A stretch of 43,186 nucleotides of DNA from Candidatus Cloacimonadota bacterium (GCA_029564175.1 JAKQQL010000066.1:1-43186), one strand, 5' to 3'. Shown: positions 20,001 through 27,239, counted from the stretch's first letter. Notes: generated by a model from the letters alone, not told the origin. Made by a program: numbers and translations.

Positions 20001-20333
20001 AATTACCGTGATAAAATGATAAATCGACTCAGCGAGAAAGCAAAGACAGCAAAAACATCTGACAAAAAATCAGAATATTATACCAAAATGAATAACTTAA
20101 CTAAAAATCATCTAAAACAAAACTATCAGAATAAAAAATTGAGTCAGTTGGTTTTTCTACAAAATGGCAAGTCACGAAATCTAGATAAATATCAGTTTAT
20201 GTCTTCTAAAAGACTTGTTTTCAGACATGAGCTGGATGTTTCTAAGATAAATGTAATTGTGGTTCTTTTGATTATAACTGGAGTTAATATTTGCGCTTTA
20301 ATCTCTCTAAAAATCAGTTTAGACAAATTTTGA
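17049..20333 (+). CDS. ABCG-type (NBD-TMD) transporter fused to an N-terminal TerB-like domain and degenerate FHA-like beta domains
   Basis: Walker A GPSGSGKTT, YVPQDD, signature LSGGERKRLNIALEL, LDEPTSGL, TIHQP and ABC2-type TM region (LLIPQILFAG). N-terminal helical TerB/DjlA-like pattern; FHA-like segment IIEDLSENITLFVNG...YDLIQF. Confidence 0.85.
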   Translation: MNFHSKKAKSENTLISFNIHDAIVSVFINIARIRKVEKRHIEILAKLFRNTLSYEPSLLSLWEIAEKPYTLRQSCHIFNQSFSKNDKIKLFLNIIFLVYAEEDFNVLSSLEIIKIIDLLYLDISLYEQVLDFIEGKTLCLSLKTSLFFQENRILQNDILLGNDKHFDILLLSSNLVILNILNHVFVGFNHTNKWFMNDMPLASDVFYLLQPDDKLSCVCHDNNILILNKSLIQKLYQRRQNHTEFSYLYHGENCELEIQIKALKTSVTLVSGKALYQGKKFKKLAELALDDQIHSPNPAIGINLIFGEIDQINQVESVYLLSQNMSRAYRYQQEELTLSEIEGNSCKDRNQSFLALLKPVRQTSDSDNKVKLIIEDLSENITLFVNGNMVCKGSIIQQYDLIQFNSRNYMINQYLQLDELKQFITSFKVHEIYHEFSSGQKIALDNIHFQLESREMLAIMGPSGSGKTTFLKCLLGEIIPNRMKISINHENYLPAESPYRKTIAYVPQDDLLFENLSIWQNLYYCAKIRVPDLFNDKNDILLEQKIKHILSIMGLWDKRHLKAGSVHQKTLSGGERKRLNIALELLSDPQIIILDEPTSGLSSKDSEKLLETLNDLKQIGKMIIATIHQPNAELFQQFDKLLLLDKGGIQVYFGDTQHIFDYFDEELALIQDQERLSFKRNLKMPEYLFDILEYSQRNQNGVNGFVGFSERKFSPLYWKEKYRNARILELIQTSSKNGEREIPVDQKSTINSIKTRSNPVKKNFYLFLRNLINKCSNPTNIIISLLAAPVLGLLIAFIFRYVNPEDSTEYSMYFNPNISLFIFISIIIFIFLGMAASVNDILSEKLILNRERKINVLIPEFYASKFLFLALLVIIQSVLYLLVSMPVLNVKGIFNAYLLFLFLSGLTGVSIGLFLSSVFKDRDSATNLMPYLLIPQILFAGAVISFSEINPSVKLDQQKSVPEFCEVIPSRWLFEGLAVAQVEENYRDKMINRLSEKAKTAKTSDKKSEYYTKMNNLTKNHLKQNYQNKKLSQLVFLQNGKSRNLDKYQFMSSKRLVFRHELDVSKINVIVVLLIITGVNICALISLKISLDKF

Positions 20334-20340
20334 GGATATT

Positions 20341-20808
20341 ATGAATTTATTTTCCAGACAAAACGATAATGATTTACTCAAATACCTTGATAGTACAGAA
20401 TATCTTCTTGTTTCAAATATATCAAAAATCTTCGCCTTAGAAACTTTAGGGGAGATAGCTCTCGATTTAGATAATCGTCTGTATGTATTGGAAAAGGGGA
20501 AGTTACAGTTTTATACTTTTAATAACAGAAATCAAAAAATTATTGTTGATGATTGCAATGAAAATGAAATCGTATGGGAAACAGCATTTTTTACCAGAAA
20601 TATTGCAGCACAAAAATCCTGCTTATCACTTTGCATTCAACTCAAGATTGAAGTATTGTCAAAAAGTGTTATTTTAGCTTATGACAGGAAAGAGTTAGAA
20701 CAAATATTTAGTCAGTTCCCTCTGATTCATTTAAAAATACAAGCTGCTATCAATGATAGTTTGTGCGAAAAACATATTAGAATTACACAAAAATTAGTTA
20801 GAGAATAA
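20341..20808 (+). CDS. Degenerate cyclic-nucleotide-binding (Crp-like sensor) domain protein without HTH
   Basis: GEIA....RLYVLEKGKLQFY.......IIVDD....EIVWE pattern fits a cNMP beta-roll, but the phosphate-binding cassette is altered; 155 aa. Confidence 0.6.
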   Translation: MNLFSRQNDNDLLKYLDSTEYLLVSNISKIFALETLGEIALDLDNRLYVLEKGKLQFYTFNNRNQKIIVDDCNENEIVWETAFFTRNIAAQKSCLSLCIQLKIEVLSKSVILAYDRKELEQIFSQFPLIHLKIQAAINDSLCEKHIRITQKLVRE

Positions 20809-20812
20809 AATC

Positions 20813-21265
20813 ATGACAACACAAAAGAATTGCTTTTTAAAACATTTTTCCAGGGAAGAGCTGGATTTGTTAAAACAAATTGAAATATCTGAAACCTTCC
20901 AGCCTGGTCAACTGATCATCTCACTGGGAGAACGTAACAGAGATATCATCATTATACAATCAGGTACAGCAGAAATCATGTCACCAGACCAGTCTGGACA
21001 AACTGTTATTTTAGCTGAGATATCAGCAGGAGAATTACTGGGAGAAATGAATTTTGTTATCCCTTTACGTCGTACCGCTTCAATTCGAGCAAAATCAGAT
21101 ATCTTAGTGATTCGCTATCCATATAAACTCCTATGTAACTTATTTCTAACTCATATCACTCTGGGTATCCATTTTTTGCAGACGATCAATGAATACCAGA
21201 GTCGAAAATTATATCAAACAATCCATAGATATTCTCAACAGACCGAGATACAAAACCATTTATAA
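20813..21265 (+). CDS. Stand-alone cyclic-nucleotide-binding domain protein
   Basis: FQPGQLII..GE....IIIIQSGTAEI, and canonical cassette GELLGEMNF....RRTASIRA; no DNA-binding HTH. Confidence 0.85.
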   Translation: MTTQKNCFLKHFSREELDLLKQIEISETFQPGQLIISLGERNRDIIIIQSGTAEIMSPDQSGQTVILAEISAGELLGEMNFVIPLRRTASIRAKSDILVIRYPYKLLCNLFLTHITLGIHFLQTINEYQSRKLYQTIHRYSQQTEIQNHL

Positions 21266-21270
21266 AAATG

Positions 21271-21301
21271 AAACCGAGGCGAATAAACACCCCGGTTTTT
21301 T
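21271..21301. terminator. Bidirectional terminator between the convergent cNMP gene and etfA
   Basis: AAACCGAGGCG-AATAAA-CACCCCGGTTT with T tracts on both strands. Confidence 0.7.
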
Positions 21302-21333
21302 ACATTTCATATAGAGGAGGTATATGAGTTCGT

Positions 21334-22341
21334 TTATGATTGGTTACAGGCAAGTTCTTCTATGAGAGCAGGAATGAGTTGATTTACATCTGTGATTATG
21401 CCAAGATCTGCATTTTCAAATATAGGTGCAGTTGGGTTTTTATTGATGGCAATAATCAAATCAGATTCTTCCATTCCGGCAATATGTTGAATGGCACCCG
21501 ATATGCCACAGGCAAAATAAACATCAGGTCTTACGGTTTTACCGGTTTGTCCAACCTGAGAATGATGTTCGATCCAGCCAGCATCAACAACAGCACGTGA
21601 GCCTGAAACAAGACCACCAAGCTGTTTTGCGAGCGTTTCGAGCGCTTTCATATTTTCTTTTTTGCCGATACCACGCCCTGCTGAAACGAGAATATTGGCT
21701 TCTTCAATGTTTTTCTTTTCTGTTTTTTCATAAACAGTTTCTATAATATCTATATTCATATCTTCAGGCATCAGTTCAACTCTGATATAATCAATCATTA
21801 AGGTCTGGTTTTTATCTACAGCCACTTTTTTGAAAACACCAGGTCTGACAGTACTCATCTGAGGACGATGATTCGGACAAACAATAGTTGCCAAAATATT
21901 ACCACCAAATGCAGGGCGGGTCATGAGCAGATGATGATTGGTTTCGTCTATATCCAGACTGGTACAGTCTGCAGTCAGTCCGGTTTGCAAACGGGCTGAA
22001 ATACGGGGAGCCAAATCTCTTCCGATCGTACTGGCACTTACCAATACAACTTCCGGTTTGTGATCTTGTACGAACTGACAAATGATTTTTGCATAGGTTT
22101 CAGTACAATAATGTTCAAGCATATGATGATTGGCAATATATATTCTGTCAGCACCAAACTTAGCCATATCAGTAGCATGGGTTTCATTGAGTTTTTTACC
22201 AAGTGCAAGAACAGAAACAGAGCACTGCAGTTTTTCTGCTAATTCAGTAGATTTGCTTAACAGCTCATAAGTGCCATTTTGAATGATGTCCTGTCTTTGT
22301 TCAGCGATGACGAGAATCCCTTTATGTGATTTTAAATCCAT
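21334..22341 (-). CDS. etfA: Electron transfer flavoprotein alpha subunit
   Basis: GRDLAPR..ARL.TGLTADCT, TRPAFGGN, RPQMSTVRPGV, QVGQTGKTVRP and GISGAIQHIAGM. Confidence 0.95.
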   Translation of the reverse strand: MDLKSHKGILVIAEQRQDIIQNGTYELLSKSTELAEKLQCSVSVLALGKKLNETHATDMAKFGADRIYIANHHMLEHYCTETYAKIICQFVQDHKPEVVLVSASTIGRDLAPRISARLQTGLTADCTSLDIDETNHHLLMTRPAFGGNILATIVCPNHRPQMSTVRPGVFKKVAVDKNQTLMIDYIRVELMPEDMNIDIIETVYEKTEKKNIEEANILVSAGRGIGKKENMKALETLAKQLGGLVSGSRAVVDAGWIEHHSQVGQTGKTVRPDVYFACGISGAIQHIAGMEESDLIIAINKNPTAPIFENADLGIITDVNQLIPALIEELACNQS

Positions 22342-22350
22342 TTTTATCTC

Positions 22351-23133
22351 CTAAATGACAAACTTTTCTTTAAGCTTTTCAACAATTAAACGAGCACCTT
22401 CTCTGGCATCTGTTTCAAAAACCTTACCGGCAGTTTTCCCGCCTTTCGTCTGTATCTTTTTAACCTGGGTGGGAGATGCTTTGAGACCCGTCAGAGCTGA
22501 ATCCAATTCAATATCTTTAATTGTCCATTTTTCGATCATATTGTCATGATAAGCAGAGAATATTCTGCCAACGGTCATGTATCTTGGGTCGTTCATTTCT
22601 TTCAGAACAGTCAACATACAAGGCATTTTTACACGAATATTCTGATAAAAATCTTCATAAACTTTTTTAACGGTCAGATGATCATCTTCTTTTTTTATAT
22701 CGGTAACGTAAGAAACCTGTGGCAAAGAAAGATGCTCTGCAATCTGTGGACCAACCTGAGCAGTATCTCCGTCTATTGCCTGTCTCCCACAAATGATGAG
22801 ATCATATTTCAGTTTTTTAATGGCATAAGCCAAGGCCAGTGAAGTTGCCCATGTATCTGAACCGGCAAAAGCTCTGTCACTTAAAAGAACTGCACGGTCT
22901 GCACCCATGGCAAGACCTTCTGCCAGTGCATTTTCAGCCTGATCAGGCCCCATACTGAGTAAAGTAACATACGCACCATACTGTTCTTTTAATGTTAAAG
23001 CTGCTTCGATTCCGCTTTTATCATCCGGATTGATGATACTGGGGACACCATCCCTGATGAGAGTTCCGGTTTTCTGATCTATTCTGACTTCTGTGGTATC
23101 TGGTACCTGTTTAATACATACAATGATATTCAT
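22351..23133 (-). CDS. etfB: Electron transfer flavoprotein beta subunit (bifurcating-type)
   Basis: VCIKQVPDT, TLIRDGVPSIINPDD, FAGSDTWATS and GRQAIDGDTAQVGP. Confidence 0.95.
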   Translation of the reverse strand: MNIIVCIKQVPDTTEVRIDQKTGTLIRDGVPSIINPDDKSGIEAALTLKEQYGAYVTLLSMGPDQAENALAEGLAMGADRAVLLSDRAFAGSDTWATSLALAYAIKKLKYDLIICGRQAIDGDTAQVGPQIAEHLSLPQVSYVTDIKKEDDHLTVKKVYEDFYQNIRVKMPCMLTVLKEMNDPRYMTVGRIFSAYHDNMIEKWTIKDIELDSALTGLKASPTQVKKIQTKGGKTAGKVFETDAREGARLIVEKLKEKFVI

Positions 23134-23142
23134 CCGATCCTC

Positions 23143-24282
23143 CTATTTCAACATGTTGGCAGATATGACCATTTTTTGAACTTCTGATGTGCCTTCATAA
23201 ATCTCGGTAATCTTTGCATCACGCATCATCCGTTCAACCGGATAGTCTCTTGTATAACCGTAACCACCAAACAACTGAACGGCTTTTGTTGTTACTTCCA
23301 TTGCTGTTTCAGAAGCAAATAACTTCGCCTGGGCAGCAGCTACTGAATAGGGCTGTTTCTGATCTTTTAAAAATGCAGCACGGTAAACCAACATTCTGGC
23401 AGCATCTACTTTTGTTTGCATTTCTGCCAGCTGAAACTGTGTATTCTGGAATGCAGATAAAGGTTTTCCAAATTGTCTTCTGTCTTTAACATACTGAACG
23501 GTTTCATCAATTGCACCCTGTGCAATACCCAAAGCCTGGGCAGCAATACCAATACGCCCACCATCAAGCGTTTGCATCGCAATTTTAAAGCCTTTTCCTT
23601 CCTGACCCAGCAGGTTTTCAAAAGGCACTTTCACATTTTCAAATATGAGTTCGCAAGTAGATGAACCTCTGATTCCCAACTTCAATTCTTTTTTGCCAAT
23701 ACTGAAACCAGGCATATCTTTTTCTAATATAAAGGCTGAAATACCTCTTGTTCCAGCAGATTTATCAGTCATTGCCATAATAATATAAATGTCTGCATAA
23801 CCTGCATTGGTGATAAATATCTTACTGCCGTTGATCAGATAATGATCTTCTTTCTTTTCAGCAACAGTTTGTTGAGCAGATGCGTCAGTCCCTGCGTTAG
23901 GTTCTGTCAGACCAAAAGCACCGATATGCTCTCCACTGTTCAATTTTGGAAGATATTTTGTTTTTTGAGCAGGCGTACCAAATTCGTAAACAGGTGTTGA
24001 ACAGAGTGAGGTATGAGCAGATAAAACCACACCGGTTGTTCCACAAACTTTGGATAATTCTTCAACTGCCATGATGTAAGTTAGAGTATCAGCACCCTGC
24101 CCGCCGATTTCCTTTGGGAAAGGTATCCCCATGATACCATATCTTGCCATCTTTTTTACAGTATCAAGTGGAAACTTTTCCTGCTCATCTGTTTCCTGAG
24201 CAAGTGGTTTCACTTCTTTGATACTAAATTCACGAAAAAGTTTCTGAGCCATTTCGTGAGATTTGGATAAATTAAAATTCAT
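23143..24282 (-). CDS. bcd: Butyryl-CoA (acyl-CoA) dehydrogenase
   Basis: GAFGLTEPNAGTDAS, NGSKIFITN, TLDGGRIGIAAQALG and GGYGYTRDYPVERMMRDAKITEIYEGTSEVQ. Start ATG at 24282 behind SD AAGGGGAG. Confidence 0.93.
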   Translation of the reverse strand: MNFNLSKSHEMAQKLFREFSIKEVKPLAQETDEQEKFPLDTVKKMARYGIMGIPFPKEIGGQGADTLTYIMAVEELSKVCGTTGVVLSAHTSLCSTPVYEFGTPAQKTKYLPKLNSGEHIGAFGLTEPNAGTDASAQQTVAEKKEDHYLINGSKIFITNAGYADIYIIMAMTDKSAGTRGISAFILEKDMPGFSIGKKELKLGIRGSSTCELIFENVKVPFENLLGQEGKGFKIAMQTLDGGRIGIAAQALGIAQGAIDETVQYVKDRRQFGKPLSAFQNTQFQLAEMQTKVDAARMLVYRAAFLKDQKQPYSVAAAQAKLFASETAMEVTTKAVQLFGGYGYTRDYPVERMMRDAKITEIYEGTSEVQKMVISANMLK

Positions 24283-24378
24283 TTTCTCCCCTTTTAGCGT
24301 ACTACAAGTCTCTTGCCTGTAGCCTGTTTTCAGCAAGCTGGAAGCTCGCAATACGAAAGCCTCTTGTTTGTTACAGTC

Positions 24379-24783
24379 TTAGGCAATTTCCTGATTTTTT
24401 TGATATCTCTGTTTTTCTTTTGGAACAACACAGGTTCCGATAGCACGACAGACAACAACAGGATTTTCAAGTACTTCTGCTGCAGATTCATTTATTTCTG
24501 GACAGGAAACTATTAATTTCTTCGCTTCAAATCTCATTTTTCTGGAGGTATTTCCAACTTTTATGATTTCACCACTGGCTTCGATGTAATCTCCGGCATA
24601 AACAGGCGCTAAAAATTCAGTCATTTCATATCCGGCGAATAATCCTTCATCTCCATCATTACGAATTAATAATTCTGTAGCCACATCACCAAACAATTGA
24701 AGCATTTTTGCTCCATCTACTAAATTGCCACCATAATGGGCATCTGCCTGACTCATTCTTATGCGGATGATTGTCTTGCTCAT
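24379..24783 (-). CDS. kal: 3-aminobutyryl-CoA ammonia-lyase (hotdog fold; lysine fermentation)
   Basis: [36 protein letters not shown]...[14 protein letters not shown] and CRA.GTCVVPK..QR, the characteristic Kal signature. Confidence 0.88.
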   Translation of the reverse strand: MSKTIIRIRMSQADAHYGGNLVDGAKMLQLFGDVATELLIRNDGDEGLFAGYEMTEFLAPVYAGDYIEASGEIIKVGNTSRKMRFEAKKLIVSCPEINESAAEVLENPVVVCRAIGTCVVPKEKQRYQKNQEIA

Positions 24784-24821
24784 TGGTCTCTCCTTAAATA
24801 AATTCTTATGCGGATATAATA

Positions 24822-24837
24822 TACAGAACTTGTGCCA
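24822..24837 (-). promoter_or_regulatory. Sigma54 (-24/-12) promoter of kal-bcd-etfB-etfA
   Basis: Minus strand TGGCAC-AAGTT-CTGTA, about 40 nt upstream of the kal start. Confidence 0.7.
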
Positions 24838-24904
24838 AACCGGATATTATAATGTAAAGCACTAATAATCATAATGTTAAGCGATAGTACTTTGCTAATT
24901 TATA

Positions 24905-24969
24905 TCCTCATAACTGAACAGACTTTATTGATTTTTGTTCATAATTGAACGAATGTGTTTTTTTGAACA
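24905..24969. promoter_or_regulatory. Three TGTTCA-N4-TGAACA-like palindromic sites (putative activator UAS)
   Basis: TCCTCATAACTGAACA (24905-24920), TGTTCATAATTGAACG (24936-24951) and TGTGTTTTTTTGAACA (24954-24969). Confidence 0.6.
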
Positions 24970-25026
24970 AGTTGATAACTGTGATAACATCAGATTTAAA
25001 AAAAGTCTTGACTATTTTTTCATGCT

Positions 25027-25060
25027 TAGAGTAATTGCACTAAATAGAGTAAAAACTCTA
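25027..25060. promoter_or_regulatory. Tandem TetR-type operators
   Basis: Perfect palindrome TAGAGT-AAAA-ACTCTA (25045-25060) and imperfect TAGAGT-AATT-GCACTA (25027-25042), between TTGACT (25008-25013) and the tetR SD. Confidence 0.7.
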
Positions 25061-25073
25061 AAAAGGAGATTTA

Positions 25074-25703
25074 ATGAGTACCAAACAACGGATAATCGAA
25101 ACAGCAAAGACACTCTTTAATGAGGAGGGAACAAAAAATGTAACGACTAATCATGTTGCTAAAGCATTAAACATCAGCCCGGGAAACTTATACTATCATT
25201 ATAAAAACAAAGAAGAGATTATCAGATCAGTTTATCAAAATATGCTGGATGTTTTAGCTGATGTATGGAAAGATTTTGAAACAGAGCGTTTAAGTCTCAA
25301 AAGTTTTAAAACAGTTGTGGCGATTTATAATGTGCTTTATGATTATCGTTTTTTTCAGTATGAAATTATTAGCTTACTTGAAAATGATGAAATGCTTAAA
25401 AAAATGTATAATGATAATCGAAAGATTCGATATCGGAATTTTGAGGGCGTTATAAATAAAATGATTGAAGAAAAAATTCTGATTCCGAAGGGATGTGATT
25501 CTTGTTATTCACTTTTAATTGACCAGTTATGGTTTACAGGTGATTTTTGGATGACTTATGCAAAATCCATTAATAATCAATTTGATGACAAAGAGCTTCA
25601 AAAATTGCTGTTAACTCAGATGAGTTTGTTTTACAGATATTCTACAGAAAAAGGGAAAAGACTGATTTGTCGACTAGAAAATTTAATTAGGAGAGAAAAA
25701 TGA
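25074..25703 (+). CDS. TetR/AcrR family transcriptional regulator
   Basis: TKQRIIETAKTLFNEEG...VTTNHVAKALNISPGNLYYHYKNKEEII HTH. Confidence 0.93.
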   Translation: MSTKQRIIETAKTLFNEEGTKNVTTNHVAKALNISPGNLYYHYKNKEEIIRSVYQNMLDVLADVWKDFETERLSLKSFKTVVAIYNVLYDYRFFQYEIISLLENDEMLKKMYNDNRKIRYRNFEGVINKMIEEKILIPKGCDSCYSLLIDQLWFTGDFWMTYAKSINNQFDDKELQKLLLTQMSLFYRYSTEKGKRLICRLENLIRREK

Positions 25704-26522
25704 AAAAAATGATTTTTATTATTATCAGCTTGCTAATTTCATCTGTCTATGGTGATGAAGTAAGCCGTCGTTTTTTAGTTGAGAATCAGGATTTACCTGA
25801 AGCTGTCAAAATTTCATACTTATCTGATCAGAAGGGCTTTAATCAGTACTTTGCAGATACATATCTATGGGCTAAAAAGGATAGCCACCAGCTTCTGACA
25901 CTTGGATTGGCAGCTTATCATGAAAAAAATAATCATAAAGATTTTGTTTCTGAAGATCTAAAAGGGATTTATACCAATCTCTTTTATACCAGGGGATTTG
26001 GTAAAAAAAGCTTTTTAACCTCCTATCAGTCAATTGGTTGGTTCTCTGATAAATCGCTTAAGTTGAATGCCAATCAAATGAAATATTATCAGATTTCAAA
26101 ATTAGGATATCAGGTAAAGAAAAACCTCAACTTATCAGTTGGATTCTTGTCTTCAACCAATTATTATGAGCCACTAATTGTTCCATTTGTTGGTTTTTAT
26201 CTGGTCACATAAGAACTTTCTTCTGGATCTGGAAGCTCCAATATATTTTGATTGTCAGTATCAAATTTGTTCATATTTAAAATTAATTCATAAATTGGAA
26301 AGTGATGTTAAGAGCTATCGAAAAGAAGACGGGCAGATTCTTCAGATTAACAGTTTATCAGGGAAATCCGGAATAGATTATTCGTTGTCTAAACATATAG
26401 TGTTAAACGCTGAATATATATATTACCAAAGAAAAGAATTTTTTCTTCAATCTTCAGAAAATCAGAAGATTAAGAAAAATATGAATCCTTTGATATCTTT
26501 CAATCTAAAAATAAAAGCATAG
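25700..26522 (+). pseudogene. Frameshifted secreted protein, probable outer-membrane beta-barrel (DUF6268-like); ORFs 25700-26212 and 26178-26522 are one gene
   Basis: Removing one T from the T5 run at 26194-26198 gives ...EPLIVPFVGFIWSHKNFLLDLEAP... and a continuous 273-aa protein. It has a signal peptide, amphipathic beta strands and a C-terminal ISFNLKIKA strand. Confidence 0.75.
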
Positions 26523-26531
26523 GAGAGAAAA

Positions 26532-27194
26532 ATGAAAAAACACACATTGATGATGACTATAATGATTCTGTTTGTTTCAGTTCTGATGGCAGTAGGAAAC
26601 AAAGAAATCAAGAAACAATTCAAAATATCAATTTCGAAAGGCAATCAATGGGAACATAGTTTCAAACTATTTGGGATGATAAAAATCAAAGCCACCCCTC
26701 AAATTGTAATATGGACAGAAGATGAAGAGGGCAACCTGATTGAAACATTATATCTGACAGGGAAAATGAAGAAAATCGGCAGATATGAAGCATTACCTTA
26801 TTGGGCACACAAAGCTGACTATTTTAAACAAAAAAACCAGTTTGATCTGATTACCAGTGCGAGTCCAAAAGGCAGTACAGAAATTAATGTCAACGTGAAG
26901 CTAAACCAGATGAAGTATCGGATATGTGCTGAAGTAAATCATTCCTATGACTATAATGAGTTTTTCCCAAAGGTAGGCAAGAAGCATCCAAAATACAGTA
27001 AAACAAACGGCCAAGCTTCTTTGATTTATAAAAGTGATTTGATTCTGCCAGAGGATACAGGAAATTTTGTATTAAAAGAAACAGGCTATGGAGAAGCAAA
27101 TGGCTCTACTGGAAAACTATATTCTGACATCAGTAAGTTAACAACAGCAAGAGAAATCGTTCATTATCTGGGAGTTATGATCAGTATTAGATAA
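26532..27194 (+). CDS. Secreted DUF2271-like protein
   Basis: Signal peptide; PQIVIWTEDEEGNLIETLYLT, EALPYWAHK, DLITSASP and AEVNHSYDYN motifs. Confidence 0.65.
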   Translation: MKKHTLMMTIMILFVSVLMAVGNKEIKKQFKISISKGNQWEHSFKLFGMIKIKATPQIVIWTEDEEGNLIETLYLTGKMKKIGRYEALPYWAHKADYFKQKNQFDLITSASPKGSTEINVNVKLNQMKYRICAEVNHSYDYNEFFPKVGKKHPKYSKTNGQASLIYKSDLILPEDTGNFVLKETGYGEANGSTGKLYSDISKLTTAREIVHYLGVMISIR

Positions 27195-27214
27195 ACAGGA
27201 ACACCGAAGATTTT

Positions 27215-27239
27215 AAGGCAAGCGATCTGCTTGCCTTTT
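27215..27239. terminator. Terminator between convergent genes
   Basis: AAGGCAAGC-GATCT-GCTTGCCTT followed by TT. Confidence 0.8.

Noticed and set aside
21340..25120. Short ORFs antisense or alternate-frame to etfA/etfB/bcd/kal, the 61-aa ORF at 24935, and the extended bcd N-terminus to 24351
   Set aside because: These are shadow frames. The 24935 ORF crosses promoter and operator DNA, and bcd has a clear SD before ATG 24282.
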